64,000 bases of DNA from Candidatus Kapaibacteriota bacterium (lineage in GTDB: Bacteria > Bacteroidota > Ignavibacteria > Kapaibacteriales > Kapaibacteriaceae): NCBI GenBank assembly GCA_046595995.1, contig JBKJNB010000160.1, positions 2,032-66,031 of the forward strand, read 5' to 3'. The notes under the pieces are model-generated. The model made no database searches and was not told the origin of the DNA. It was given only the letters and a program-made list of their open reading frames with translations. A program made the translations under genes and the position numbers. Position 1 is the stretch's first letter, and every line of letters begins with the position of its first letter. Of the stretch, positions 44,583-55,800 are shown one piece after another.

Positions 44583-46636
44583 CGCGACGAACGGCACTTG
44601 TGCTTTCGTTCGTGTTCGGATGTATCTCCGCGGCTGCAACTGTGCCAATCGAAGGCGATACCGTCGTCTGCTCGGGGGCTTGGCCTATCTCGCTTCGAGC
44701 ACCTACCGGCATACCTTCGTACCTATGGAGTACGGGGGAAACCACAAGTACAATCTACATTACAGGTCCAGGTACGTATACCGTAACGGTAATGCGTACG
44801 AACGGACCCGACACGGGTCGAATCACCGTACGGGAAGTTCAACCACCGAAACCGCTCATCTCTAACGGCAGAATCGAATACATCTGTCGTGGCGAGACAG
44901 TCTCACTTCAGGCTCCCCCTAACTTTCGAGCGTGGTTTTGGAGTACGGGCGAGCGGACGCAATCCATTGTCATCGGTACGGCGGGATTCTATCGACTCAC
45001 CGTTACGGACAGTAACGGTTGTGTTGGGTCTTCCGATAGTCTCGAAGTAGTTTTAATCGACCGTCCACAGCCTTCGATCTACGGCAAAAACACACTCTGC
45101 AACGGTACTCGCGAAAACTATAAAACAGAGAATGTCGCCGGAGCGGTATACACATGGAATGTTGTAGGTGGAATTCTCGAAGCTGGCCAAGGACAGCCAA
45201 CCGCGAGGATCCTGTGGCCCGGCGGAAATGGCACAGTTGAGCTACGTGTTTCTGTGATGCGTCCGGATGGTGGTTTTTGCGATACCCTCGTTCGTTATCA
45301 GGTGAGCGTAAGCTCAACACTCACGCCAAGGTTGATATTTGATCGGCGCATGTTCTGCCTTGGTGATAGCACGATCTTTGATGCAGGTTCGGGAATGTTG
45401 CGGTACCGCTGGAGTACCGGCGACACCACGCAGATAATTGTCATAAAGACGCCTGGCCAATATTGGGTAGACGTGCAGGATGCTACATGCAACGGAATTT
45501 CGGATAGCGTTACCGTAATCGTGTATCCACCCCCTGATGTACGCATTGCGGGTGACACGTCAATCTGTGATGGTGCGCAAAAAGTGCTAACGGCGTTTGC
45601 ACTTGGCAACGACGTAATCTCATGGCAGTGGAGCACGGGGCACGCACAACGTTCGATTTTTGTGAACGCACCTGGAGTGTACTCCGTTGTTGGTAGAACG
45701 GTGAATGGCTGTGTTGACAGCGCGACGATAACTGTTCAGCCTGCTGCCCAAGCATCTGTTCTTGCGCCCGATTCGTTAGACTTGGACTCGCTGGAATTAG
45801 GATCTGCACGTTTCCGGCCCATCCTGTTGCAGAACAGAACGACGAAGCCTATAACCGTGCTTAGCGCACGTTTGGCGTCTCTACGTTCGAACCCAAGGCT
45901 CAACGTTCCCACTCTGCCGAATGTCATTCCCGGTCAAAGCGACTTGGCATTCGTGCTGTATTGGCTTGGTGATGTCGAAGGGCCAATGAGAGACACGTTA
46001 TTGCTTGAACTCGACGGACCCGAATGTCCGTCGACGGTGCGTATTCCAATTCGAGGGTACGTCTATTACCGTCCGCGTATTCCAATCTCCATAAGCATCG
46101 GCGACACCGTTGTTCCTGTCGGCACAGTACTCGACATGCCCATTCGCATCCAGGCCACCGCACCTCGCGAGGAGTTTGTTGACCTTGAATTTTCAGTGCG
46201 TTGGAACGACCGCGTTTTCCACGTCACAGGTCTCGACGCTGCGAGCGTCATATCCGATCAGATGTCCGGCGCAGACCGCACGGTCCGTTTCCGATTACCT
46301 GCAGTACGTTTCCCCATAGATACAGCACTCCTGTTGCGCGGTACCGTGTTGCTCGGCTCGCCGCTACAGACCGATCTCGTACCAGACTCGGTAACGATTA
46401 CTGCTAGCAAGACGATATACATTGTTACAACCGAGCCAGGTCATATAGCAATGACTGGCTGTTACATAGCCTCACGGTTGGTTTCGTTCAGCGGGCCTCA
46501 GCCCCTTACCGTGATTACGAACATGTTAGGCGAGACGCTTACGTGTGACGTCGATGCGTTGCCGAGTGGTGCATACCTTATCACGACCGTGACCGGCACA
46601 ACCGTACACACCCAACGCATTCTTGTAGTACGTTAA
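44579..46636 (+). CDS. T9SS-sorted surface protein with four W-S-T-G Ig-like repeat domains
   Basis: N-terminal signal, four ~90-aa repeats each containing (Y/W)xWSTG(E/D/H)xT..I.(I/V)..(P/A)G.Y.V.V and a Cys pair, and a C-terminal sorting-domain-like tail ...AYLITTVTGTTVHTQRILVVR. Start overlaps the topA stop (ATGA). Confidence 0.6.
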   Translation: MTRRTALVLSFVFGCISAAATVPIEGDTVVCSGAWPISLRAPTGIPSYLWSTGETTSTIYITGPGTYTVTVMRTNGPDTGRITVREVQPPKPLISNGRIEYICRGETVSLQAPPNFRAWFWSTGERTQSIVIGTAGFYRLTVTDSNGCVGSSDSLEVVLIDRPQPSIYGKNTLCNGTRENYKTENVAGAVYTWNVVGGILEAGQGQPTARILWPGGNGTVELRVSVMRPDGGFCDTLVRYQVSVSSTLTPRLIFDRRMFCLGDSTIFDAGSGMLRYRWSTGDTTQIIVIKTPGQYWVDVQDATCNGISDSVTVIVYPPPDVRIAGDTSICDGAQKVLTAFALGNDVISWQWSTGHAQRSIFVNAPGVYSVVGRTVNGCVDSATITVQPAAQASVLAPDSLDLDSLELGSARFRPILLQNRTTKPITVLSARLASLRSNPRLNVPTLPNVIPGQSDLAFVLYWLGDVEGPMRDTLLLELDGPECPSTVRIPIRGYVYYRPRIPISISIGDTVVPVGTVLDMPIRIQATAPREEFVDLEFSVRWNDRVFHVTGLDAASVISDQMSGADRTVRFRLPAVRFPIDTALLLRGTVLLGSPLQTDLVPDSVTITASKTIYIVTTEPGHIAMTGCYIASRLVSFSGPQPLTVITNMLGETLTCDVDALPSGAYLITTVTGTTVHTQRILVVR

Positions 46637-46691
46637 AACTTCGCGGGGTGCGCTTAGCTTCGTTTTGTGTGTGAAGCTTCTTCATGCAGGT

Positions 46692-48848
46692 CTATTTCAC
46701 GAACAACATTTCACGGTAGTTTGGCAGTGGCCAGTGCTCGTATGCTACGACACGTTCCAGTTTGTCGGCTGCATTTCTGACGTCCATCATGGCAGGCAAA
46801 ACATTATCGCGCATGTGACGCACCTTGCTGTGCAGATCATCACCACCGAGATCCATGTTTGCTACACGTAGTGCTTCGATAGCATCCGATAGAGCGTCTA
46901 CACCTTCACGTACGCGCTCTAGAGTACGCGATAGTCCTGTAGAATTCTGCACTCCCGTAGTATTCAATTCACGCAGATACTTTAAAGAACTTGGCAAAAT
47001 CTGCGTTTGCGCCATCCATTCCGTGGTTTCGCCTTCGATGTTTACGGTTTTGAAGTACATGTCGAGCATGACTTCCTGACGTGCCTCGAGCTCGCGTTTT
47101 GCAAGCACGTTAGCAGATGAGAACAAGGCCACATTCTTATCGTCCGTAAGGTGTTCGATTGCATCGACAGCTGTCTTAAAATTCAACAGTCCCCTCTTCT
47201 CCGCTTCGCGCTGCCACTTCACATTGTAACCATCGCCATTAAAGACAATACGCTGATGTTTGTCGTAGACGCTTTTTAGCACTTCTTTTAGAGCCGTTTC
47301 CATCGGCTGCTTTTTCTTTAGCCGCTGCTCGATCATTATTGACATGTCGGCAATAGACTCTGCAACGATGGTGTTGAGTACCGTAATGGGAAAGGACACG
47401 GATTGCGATGATCCCACCGCACGGAATTCGAACTTATTACCGGTGAAAGCAAAGGGCGACGTACGGTTTCGATCGCCTGTGTGTCGTGGCAGCGGTGGTA
47501 ACACTGGCGAGCCCAGACCCATTAGGCCAGACTTCTTTTGGGCGCTTCCCTTACCACTAACGAGACGTTCATAGATGCCTGTAAGCTCGTCGCCAAGAAA
47601 GATCGACAGAATTGCGGGTGGTGCTTCGTTTGCACCAAGACGATGATCGTTCTGTGCAGACGACACTGCGATACGCAGCAAGTCTTGATGTTTGTCTACT
47701 GCACGAATGACAGCTGCGCAGAAGAACAGAAACTGCATGTTCTCTTGCGGTGTGTCGCCGGGCTCAAGGAGGTTCATTCCCGTATCGGTAGCCATTGCCC
47801 AGTTCACATGTTTGCCAGATCCGTTAATACCAGCAAATGGCTTCTCGTGCACAAGGCACACAAGACCGTACTTGCGAGCAGTGTTCTTTAGGATTTGCAT
47901 CACGAGCTGCTGATGGTCGGCTGCGATGTTTGAGTGTTCGAATACCGGAGCCACCTCGTATTGACCGGGCGCTACCTCGTTGTGTCTGGTCTTAATCGGT
48001 ATTCCAAGCGCGTACAGTTGATGCTCTGCATCGGTCATGTATGTAAGAATGCGCTCAGGGATAGAGCCGAAGTAATGGTCCTCTAGTTCCTGTCCGCGCG
48101 GCGGCTTCGTACCGAACAACGTGCGGCCTGTCATCACGAGGTCCGGACGGCGATAGAAAAACCCTTCATCGATAAGGAAGTACTCTTGCTCTGCCCCCAC
48201 GGTTGAGCTCACTTTCGAGACATCAGTCGTATCAAGCAGCGCAAGGGCTCGTCGAGCCGCAATGTTCAGCGTCTCCATCGAACGCAACAGCGGTGTCTTA
48301 TGATCGAGCGCTTCGCCAGTCCACGACGCAAACGCCGTTGGGATGCACAGCGTGGCGCCGTTCGTATGGCGCATAATGAAGGCAGCCGACGTTGGGTCCC
48401 AAGCCGTGTAGCCCCTTGCCTCAAACGTCGCACGCAATCCGCCACTTGGGAACGATGACGCATCGGGCTCGCCCTGAATAAGTTCCTTGCCGGAGAATTG
48501 AGATATTGCCGAACCATCGCTTGTTGGTGTTACGAAGCTCTCATGTTTTTCAGCTGTTAATCCGGTAAGGGGCTGAAACCAGTGTGTGTAGTGCGTCGCG
48601 CCCTTCTCCATCGCCCATGTTTTCATTGCAAGTGCTACAGTATCTGCTATCGATGAATCGATTGCTACGCCTCGCTCCATCGTCGCATTCAACGAACGCC
48701 AGACGGGCTTACTCAGACGTTGGCGCAGCTCCTCCATCGTAAGCACATCACTTGCGAACACTTCCGACACCACGTCGGATGGAGTCGGCGTTTGAACACC
48801 ATCGAAGCGCCAGTTGCGCGTTGCGGCAGAGATGTCGTAGTTAATCAT
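46692..48848 (-). CDS. glnN: glutamine synthetase type III
   Basis: 718 aa (the GSIII size class), with the catalytic-domain Mn-site region ...NGSGKHVNW... (conserved ...GSG.H.N.S...). Confidence 0.85.
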   Translation of the reverse strand: MINYDISAATRNWRFDGVQTPTPSDVVSEVFASDVLTMEELRQRLSKPVWRSLNATMERGVAIDSSIADTVALAMKTWAMEKGATHYTHWFQPLTGLTAEKHESFVTPTSDGSAISQFSGKELIQGEPDASSFPSGGLRATFEARGYTAWDPTSAAFIMRHTNGATLCIPTAFASWTGEALDHKTPLLRSMETLNIAARRALALLDTTDVSKVSSTVGAEQEYFLIDEGFFYRRPDLVMTGRTLFGTKPPRGQELEDHYFGSIPERILTYMTDAEHQLYALGIPIKTRHNEVAPGQYEVAPVFEHSNIAADHQQLVMQILKNTARKYGLVCLVHEKPFAGINGSGKHVNWAMATDTGMNLLEPGDTPQENMQFLFFCAAVIRAVDKHQDLLRIAVSSAQNDHRLGANEAPPAILSIFLGDELTGIYERLVSGKGSAQKKSGLMGLGSPVLPPLPRHTGDRNRTSPFAFTGNKFEFRAVGSSQSVSFPITVLNTIVAESIADMSIMIEQRLKKKQPMETALKEVLKSVYDKHQRIVFNGDGYNVKWQREAEKRGLLNFKTAVDAIEHLTDDKNVALFSSANVLAKRELEARQEVMLDMYFKTVNIEGETTEWMAQTQILPSSLKYLRELNTTGVQNSTGLSRTLERVREGVDALSDAIEALRVANMDLGGDDLHSKVRHMRDNVLPAMMDVRNAADKLERVVAYEHWPLPNYREMLFVK

Positions 48849-48874
48849 GGAGTTGGGTTAGATACAGAGTCTGA

Positions 48875-49333
48875 TCACGATGCCGTGTTCAGCAGGTTGA
48901 TAGCAAGTGTTTCTTTGTGCGAGGAAAGCACGACGTTTGTCTGTGTGCGCGACACACCTTTCCATTGCTGCAAGGCCGAGAGCAACTGCTCTAATGCAGC
49001 GGTGTTTTTAACGCGTATTTTTAGCATGTGTGACGATGTGCCGGTGACTGCGTGGCATTCCAGGATCTCGCGGCGCATACGACACGATCGGCGAAATGAG
49101 TCGTAATGAGCGCTGGTGTCAATGTCAACAAAAATGAATGCGGTAACATCCATGCCACATGATTCTGCGTCCAACACAGCGTGATAGCCGAGGATGATGC
49201 CATCTTCTTCCATGCGTTTGACGTGGTCGCTAACAGTCGGAACAGACGAGCCTATTCGTTCGGCGATGTCACTAAGGCTCAGGCGGGCGTTTTCCTGTAG
49301 GAGCACACATATTTGTCGGTCTAAGTCTTTCAT
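48875..49333 (-). CDS. lrp: Lrp/AsnC-family transcriptional regulator
   Basis: 152 aa. N-terminal HTH (LDRQICVLLQENARLSLSDIAERIGSSVPTVSDHVKRMEEDGII) and a C-terminal RAM domain. Confidence 0.8.
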   Translation of the reverse strand: MKDLDRQICVLLQENARLSLSDIAERIGSSVPTVSDHVKRMEEDGIILGYHAVLDAESCGMDVTAFIFVDIDTSAHYDSFRRSCRMRREILECHAVTGTSSHMLKIRVKNTAALEQLLSALQQWKGVSRTQTNVVLSSHKETLAINLLNTAS

Positions 49334-49396
49334 TCTTTACGATCGTAAAGTTATCTTGGTTCTAACTTAACGTTCGTCAACTAGCGGAGCAAGCGT

Positions 49397-50119
49397 GTGA
49401 TGAAGAATTTGTTCACATGGATCTGGCGTAGCGCCCTTGCCTTTCTGGTTGGGTCGGTGTTGCTCGTGCTCATTTACCGCGTCATCCCACCCGCGGTTAC
49501 GCCGTTGATGGCATGGCGGCTCGTTCAGGCACCATTCACTGGCCACCGCATGACAATTCAGCACCGGTGGGTGTCATATACCGACGTGTCGCCCTCTGTT
49601 TTCAAGGCCGTGATGTCGGGCGAGGATGCAGGCTTCTTGCGGCACGAAGGTGTTGACTGGAAAGCAGTTGAACGCGCACAAAAAGCAAACGCAGGTCGCG
49701 TTAAGCGTGGCAAACCACCACTCGGTGCAAGCACCATAAGTATGCAGACTGCGAAGAACGTATTTCTCGTGCCATGGCGTAGTCTAGTACGAAAGGCATT
49801 CGAGTTCTACTTCACGTACCTCATTGAAGTGTTATGGGGCAAAGAGCGGATACTTGAAGTCTACGTAAACATGATTGAGTGGGGCGATGGCATCTACGGC
49901 GTGCAAGCAGCATCGCGATACTACTTCAACAAGGATGCTTCACAGCTAACGTCGGACGAAGCTGCGCGTCTCGCCGCCGTTGTTCCAAATCCACGTCGAT
50001 TTAACGCGGGTGCGCCATCGAACTACACGAAGAAGCGTCAGTCATTCATCAAAGGTCGCATGGGTGGCATGGCCATACCGCGACGTGATGCTGCGCCGAA
50101 GAAGAAGTCCACGAAGTAA
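49397..50119 (+). CDS. mtgA: monofunctional biosynthetic peptidoglycan transglycosylase
   Basis: N-terminal TM anchor, glycosyltransferase-51 motifs (EDAGFLRHEGVDW; GASTISMQTAKNVFL; KERILEVYVNMIEWGDGIYGVQAAS). Confidence 0.8.
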   Translation: MMKNLFTWIWRSALAFLVGSVLLVLIYRVIPPAVTPLMAWRLVQAPFTGHRMTIQHRWVSYTDVSPSVFKAVMSGEDAGFLRHEGVDWKAVERAQKANAGRVKRGKPPLGASTISMQTAKNVFLVPWRSLVRKAFEFYFTYLIEVLWGKERILEVYVNMIEWGDGIYGVQAASRYYFNKDASQLTSDEAARLAAVVPNPRRFNAGAPSNYTKKRQSFIKGRMGGMAIPRRDAAPKKKSTK

Positions 50120-50160
50120 CTACGACGCTTGTTTACGAACACCACTTATGTACGAAGCAA

Positions 50161-51267
50161 CTACGACGCCTCTTCGAATTTGGAGAGCATCAGGGCCCTC
50201 CCCGCGCTCATGTCCTCTGGCAGTTCTGAATCAAACTCGAGGCGTTTGCCCGATACTGGGTGGGTGAAGCCAAGTGTACGTGCGTGCAATGCCTGACGAG
50301 GTAGTAATTCGAGCAGGTCTTTAGCGGTCTTCCGGTACAGGTGGTGTATTGCAGCCACGCCTGTTTCGCGTCCGCCGTAGTCAGGGTCGCCCACAACGGG
50401 ATGTTTCATCGTTGAAAGATGCACGCGGATCTGATGTGTACGTCCGGTTCGCAGCTTGCATTGAACGAGTGATGCACACGCGTACCGTTCGAGAACAGTG
50501 ACTTCGGTTGCAGCGTACTTGCCGCCCCTTGGCAGGACGGCGCGGAGCTTGCGATCGCGCGGACTGCGCCCCACATCACCTTCGATAAGCATGGTGTTTT
50601 CTTTGACAACGCCCCATACTAGTGCTTCGTACAAACGCGAGACTGTTCGTTCGAAAAACTGGTTGGAAAGATGCAACGAAGCCTCGTAGTTCTTACCGAC
50701 TACCATCAGTCCGGATGTATCCTTATCGAGTCGATGTACAATGCCTGGGCGTACAGCGTCTGTGCCGAGCACGAGAGAGTGGTCTATCGGAAATCCTTCT
50801 TCGACGTCAATCTCTTCGCGCTCTTCATCTGCGTTTACGAGGTCGATTGCGTCGCGCACACCCATGTGCCACAACACTGCGTTAACAAGTGTTCCCGTCC
50901 GATTGCCCAAACCCGGGTGCACGGTAAGGCCTGCCGGTTTATTCACAACTAGAAGATGCTTGTCTTCAAAGACCACGTTCAGTGGAATATCCTGAGGGAT
51001 GAGCTGGATAGGGGGCTGCTTCATCACCACGAGGCGAATGGTATCGCCCGGACGAATTCTGTAGTTCGAACGGGAGGTTGTACCGTTAACGGTTACTGTA
51101 CCGTCGTCAATAGCTTTCTGAACACGCGTGCGCGTGGCGTACATAACAGAGTGGGTAAGAAATGCGTCTAGACGTTCGGGGCTTTGCCCGGGAGTAATCA
51201 CGAACTCATGTGTGTGTTCGATCTTGCCCGGTCCCGATGGGTGGTGTTCCGGGTTTGGCGGCTTCAT
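50161..51267 (-). CDS. rluD: RluA-family 23S rRNA pseudouridine synthase (RluD-like) with an S4 domain
   Basis: S4 domain (ERLDAFL...ATRTRVQKAIDDGTVTVNG), catalytic HRLDKDTSGLMVV motif. The true start may be downstream, because the track ORF overlaps the lspA 3' end by 62 nt. Confidence 0.8.
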   Translation of the reverse strand: MKPPNPEHHPSGPGKIEHTHEFVITPGQSPERLDAFLTHSVMYATRTRVQKAIDDGTVTVNGTTSRSNYRIRPGDTIRLVVMKQPPIQLIPQDIPLNVVFEDKHLLVVNKPAGLTVHPGLGNRTGTLVNAVLWHMGVRDAIDLVNADEEREEIDVEEGFPIDHSLVLGTDAVRPGIVHRLDKDTSGLMVVGKNYEASLHLSNQFFERTVSRLYEALVWGVVKENTMLIEGDVGRSPRDRKLRAVLPRGGKYAATEVTVLERYACASLVQCKLRTGRTHQIRVHLSTMKHPVVGDPDYGGRETGVAAIHHLYRKTAKDLLELLPRQALHARTLGFTHPVSGKRLEFDSELPEDMSAGRALMLSKFEEAS

Positions 51268-51799
51268 TGTGCTTTGATGGGAGTTTGTGGCTGACGAACA
51301 GCAATGTCACCACGCCGACACTGACGCAGGAATCTGCGACATTGAAGACCGGCCAGTGTGTATAGCGTTCGCCGAACCATGTGATGTCAGGAATGTCTAC
51401 TTGTATAAAATCTACAACCTTGCCGAAAAACAGAGGGTCTTCATTAAAGATGACGCCATAGAAGGCCCTATCGATAAGATTACCCATCGCACCAGCAAGA
51501 ATCAAACTCACTGCCAACTGCACAGACCAATGTGTTCCGCGCAGTCGCACGAGATACCAAACTAGGAAACCAGCAACGACAAACGTAACGAGAGTTAAGA
51601 CGATCTTACCAGCTCCGAATTCAATCCCAAACGCCATGCCCGGGTTTTCTACATAGGTAAGCCTAACGGCTTCGCCAATCATTGGATGGCTCTCGCCGAG
51701 AAACATGGTGTTCTTCACCCAGAGCTTCGTCAGCTGATCGAGTACGACAAGTACGATCGACAGCATCAAGAAGCGATATTGAGGCAGGTTTAGGCTCAA
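51206..51799 (-). CDS. lspA: lipoprotein signal peptidase II
   Basis: 197 aa, four TM segments, conserved ...NPGMAFGI... and ...FNVADSCVSVG... (LspA Asp motifs). Confidence 0.8.
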   Translation of the reverse strand: MSLNLPQYRFLMLSIVLVVLDQLTKLWVKNTMFLGESHPMIGEAVRLTYVENPGMAFGIEFGAGKIVLTLVTFVVAGFLVWYLVRLRGTHWSVQLAVSLILAGAMGNLIDRAFYGVIFNEDPLFFGKVVDFIQVDIPDITWFGERYTHWPVFNVADSCVSVGVVTLLFVSHKLPSKHNEAAKPGTPPIGTGQDRTHT

Positions 51800-51812
51800 G
51801 AGTTCAGACGCC

Positions 51813-52520
51813 TCACTTCAGAGCGTCTGAAGTCTTAGCCACAATACGATCGATACCGTCAACAGGGCACTTCTGATGAATTTTGTAGGAAGCGGAGAGT
51901 GTGGTTACTGGTACAGCAAGCAGACGTTCTCTAGCAATCAGGATGCCGCACATCCGGCAGATGCCATATGTCTTTTCTGTGATGCGCTGTAAAGCTTCTT
52001 CCAGTTTGCGTATGTAATCCTGAATGCGTTGAATCTGTGCGTAGGTCTTTTCCTTCTCAATGGCTTCCGAACCTTGCTCAGCCATGTGCATGGAATAGAT
52101 CGCACTTTCCTCTGTTGACTCACTACTCGTTAGATCGTCTAGCCGCTCCTTCAGCATTCGTAGTTCTTCGAACGCGTCTTCCTTTGATCGCTCGATGTTG
52201 CTTTTGAAGGTGGCGAGGTCTTTGTCCGAATACTTCAGTCCCGGCTTCGGTGCTACAGGTACCATCGGTGGCTTCTTGGGCACAAGCGGTGCGGCGTTCG
52301 GGGTAAAAACAAAAGCTGCCCCAACAGTTTGGTTAACTGTCGGAGCAGCGGGTAGTGGGCCCGAAGACTTCAACGACTTCCTGTTCGTCACGTTCCTACT
52401 CAATGCTGGCTTTGACTGGGCAATTCGGATATCTTCCGAACTCTTTTTCGACGGTGTGACTATTGGTGGTTGAACCACTTTAGTCGACACAGGAGCCGCA
52501 CTCTTCGAGGAAGTCTTCAT
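51813..52520 (-). CDS. DksA/TraR-family C4 zinc-finger protein with a long Pro/Lys/Ala-rich N-terminal extension
   Basis: C-terminal coiled coil and CRMCGILIARERLLAVPVTTLSASYKIHQKC (CxxC...CxxC TraR/DksA finger). The N-terminal ~90 aa are low-complexity, so the true start may be an internal Met (e.g. MVPVAPKPGLKYSDKD). Confidence 0.6.
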   Translation of the reverse strand: MKTSSKSAAPVSTKVVQPPIVTPSKKSSEDIRIAQSKPALSRNVTNRKSLKSSGPLPAAPTVNQTVGAAFVFTPNAAPLVPKKPPMVPVAPKPGLKYSDKDLATFKSNIERSKEDAFEELRMLKERLDDLTSSESTEESAIYSMHMAEQGSEAIEKEKTYAQIQRIQDYIRKLEEALQRITEKTYGICRMCGILIARERLLAVPVTTLSASYKIHQKCPVDGIDRIVAKTSDALK

Positions 52521-52552
52521 TGGCGCCGGAACTGCCTTAGGCGTTGGACGCT

Positions 52553-52756
52553 TTAGGCTGCTTTTTTTTTTGCAGCTGTCTTCTTGGCTGCCTTCTTGGC
52601 TGCCTTCTTAGCTGGCTTCTTAGCCGCCTTCTTAGCTGCCTTCTTAGCTGGACGCTTAGCGGCTGCCTTCTTGGCTGCCTTCTTCGCCGGCTTCTTGGCT
52701 GCCTTCTTGGCTGCCTTCTTGGCTGGCTTCTTAGCTGCCTTTTTCGCTGCTGCCAT
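52553..52756 (-). CDS. histone H1-like lysine/alanine repeat DNA-binding protein (67 aa)
   Basis: MAAAKKAAKKPAKKAAKKAAKKPAKKAAKK..., encoded by 12-nt-periodic GCCTTCTTGGCT-type DNA. The ATG is at 52756. An A10 homopolymer (T10 on + at 52562-52571) encodes the terminal KKK. Confidence 0.7.
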   Translation of the reverse strand: MAAAKKAAKKPAKKAAKKAAKKPAKKAAKKAAAKRPAKKAAKKAAKKPAKKAAKKAAKKTAAKKKAA

Positions 52757-52813
52757 AAACTAATCTCCGAACAGTTGAACATGAAAACACGTACGCCACT
52801 TTGGCGTAAGCAT

Positions 52814-55800
52814 CTACGATGCGGAGGCCCGCGCACCAGTGCGCCCGATCCGCACGCTGACGTTTCGCCCGTTTATCTCGAGAACGGTCCCAAAGGGACC
52901 TTCCCCCCGCTCGAGCGTATCGGCCAGCGTTTCCATTACAATCGAATTTCGCATGACATCCATTGCTTCGGACATTTCATCATCCGCCGCGAACGTAATG
53001 TCAATACGATCCGTCACTTCGAATCCAGAGTCCTTGCGGAACTTCTGAACCTTGCTAACAAACTCGCGTGCCAAGCCTTCCTGAATCAGCACACCGTCCA
53101 ACTCCGTATCAAGTGCAACCGTCACACCATCTGCTGAAGCAACCAACCAGCCTTCGATATCCTGACTGACGATTTCGACATCCTCTAGGTCGATCTGCAC
53201 GACCTCATCGCCAACATTCACTTCCAGGACTAAAGACTGCTCGAGTTTGCGGACTTGTTCGTTACCCAATGATTTGATCGCCTGCGACACGAGCTGCGTT
53301 TTGTCACCGTACTTCTTTCCGATGATCTTGAAGTTTGGCTTCGTTGAACGTTGAACGATGTTTGTGTCATCGGACACATACTCAATCGCCTTTACGTTGA
53401 TCTCTTCAAGAATGATTTCTTCAACCGTTTGGATTTTCCTGCGCGTTGCAGGACTATCTACTGGGAGAAGAATGCGACGCAGCGGTTGTCGCGTTTTGAT
53501 CTTCGACTTTTCTCTCAAAGAACGAGCAAGGAAAACAATCGTCTGCGCCTGCTTCATCCGGTACTCGAGATCACTGTTGATAAGTGACTCCTCGGGCTCG
53601 CGCAATATAATACAATGGATGCTCAAATGTTCTTGGTGCAAACGCATGCGCAGGAAAATCTGTTCCGAAAGGAATGGAGCAACGGGTGCCATCATTTCTG
53701 CGACGACGAGAATCACATCACGAAGCGTTTGATATGCTGCGAGTTTGTCTTCATCCATCTCCCCTTTCCAGAAGCGTCTGCGATTGCGGCGTACATACCA
53801 ATTCGAAACATCTTCAATGACGAAGTCTTGTACGAGTCTACACGCGCGTGTGATATCGTAACCATCCATACTTTCTGTGTAGGCACCAATTGTGGTGTTA
53901 AGACGAGAAAGAATCCAATGATCGATCTCTGGGCGTTCATCAATAGGCACAATTGGTTCGTTGCCGGTAAATCCATCGATACCTGCATACAGTGCAAAGA
54001 AGCCATACGTGTTTACAAACGACCTGAATAGGTCTGCAATCACGGTCTTCGCAACGTCGTCCTCGTTGAAGTTGCGCGGCTTCCAGGCTGGTGCGGCAGC
54101 CATCAGGTACCACCGAATAGCGTCGGCGCCATACTTATCGAACAACACGAACGGATCTAACATGTTGCCGCGCGACTTCGACATCTTCAGCCCGTGCTTG
54201 TCGAGTAACATGTCGTTGACAACGACATGACGATATGCTGGCTGATCGAAGAGCGCCGTTGAAATATTATGCATGGTATAAAACCATCCGCGCGTTTGAT
54301 CAATTCCCTCAGCAATGAAATCAGCAGGAAATGACTTCTTAAACAATTCCTCATTCTCAAACGGATAGTGGAATTGGGCAAACGGCATCGATCCGGAATC
54401 GAACCATGCATCGATGACCTCTTTCGTGCGACGGTATTCGACTCCGTTGCGAACGAAGACAACGCGATCGACGAACGGACGATGCAGATCGACCGCATCG
54501 AGTAAGTTTTCCACAGGAACCCTTGAACCGTCGTCATGTTCGTATAGACCTTTCTTCAATTCGTCAACCGATCCTACAGCGAACATATCCGATCCATCTT
54601 CACTCACCCATATCGGCAATGGTGTTCCCCAATAACGATCACGTGAGAGCGACCATTCTTTGACATCTTCGAGCCAATTACCAAATCGACCGGCACCAAT
54701 TTCTTCGGGATGCCACGCAATGGTTTTGTTCAGCGCAACGAGTTCGTCTTTGTACTCGGGAGATTTTATAAACCATGAATCGCGCGCGTAATAGATGACG
54801 GGATTATCGGTACGCCAGCAATGCGGATAGCTGTGCAGATAATCGAACGCGGCTTTGTACGCTTTACCACCAATCTTCAACGCCTTCACAATATCCCTGT
54901 CCGCACCCTCTTCAACTCGTGTACCGTTCGCAGACTGATCGGGATACGTAAAGGTCTTTACGCCACGCCCTGCGTATGCTTTAATGGCATCGGTGAATCG
55001 TCCGTTCTGATTTACAGGTTGCACGATAGGGAGGTTGTAGAGCTTCGACATTTCAAAATCGTCCTGGCCGAATGCTGGCGCAAGGTGCACGACACCGGTT
55101 CCATCCGTTGTCGAAACAAACGCGCCCGGTAGAACATGCAGTACATTCGGATACGTAGCTGCGTCGAGCTCAACGTCTGGGAATATCTGCTCGTATACGG
55201 TGCCAACAAGATCGGCACCAAGAAAACGCTCTACGATCTCAACCTCTCCGTCGAGGATTTCAAGACGCGATTCAGCAAGAACAACCATCGCTTCGACTGG
55301 TGCTTCATTTATCGTGCGCGTGTTACGCACCAGTACGTAGGAGATGTCCGGACCAACAGCAAGTGCAACGTTTCCGAACAACGTCCATGGCGTGGTAGTC
55401 CACACCAATATCGAAGCCCCATTGGCCGCGAGCCCCTTAACAGGAGACGAGGTAATGCGAAGTTTTAAGTAGACGTTCGGGTCGCGGACGTCTTTGTAGT
55501 TGAGCGAGAGTTCGTGCGATGATAGAGGCGTACCAAGTGTCGGTGACTGCGGCACAACCTTGAACCCCTTATAGATGAGTCCCTTCTCAAAGAACTGCTT
55601 CAGTGCCCACCACACCGATTCGACATAGTCGTTCGAGCAGGTGATATACGGATCGTCCATGTCGAGCCAATAGCCCATACGACGCGTGAGTGTACGCCAC
55701 CCGGTATCGTGCGCGATGTTATAGTCGACGAGCGCTCTGCATGCCGCGTTGAATTTGTCAACGCCAAGTACTTCAATCTGTGCTTTGTCCGTAATACCTA

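Noticed and set aside
44371-44865. 164-aa Arg/Gln-rich + strand ORF and the antisense 44303-44545 ORF
   Set aside because: These are alternative-frame readings of the lysine-repeat DNA at the topA 3' end, with no independent coding signal.
51206-51267. 62-nt overlap between the rluD-like ORF start and the lspA 3' end as a special coupling feature
   Set aside because: It is most likely just an over-extended rluD start in the ORF track. An internal start downstream would remove the overlap.
52562-52571. T10/A10 homopolymer as a phase-variation switch
   Set aside because: It lies in the last four codons (KKKAA-stop) of the H1-like gene. A +/-1 slip would only alter the final few residues, so there is no meaningful on/off effect.
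52537-53137. ORFs 52537-52836 (-; RRQPRRQ repeats) and 52544-53137 (+; LLGCLLG repeats)
   Set aside because: These are alternative frames of the 12-nt periodic H1-like gene DNA. The AKKA frame with an ATG at 52756 and good operon context is preferred, though the frame choice cannot be proven from sequence alone.
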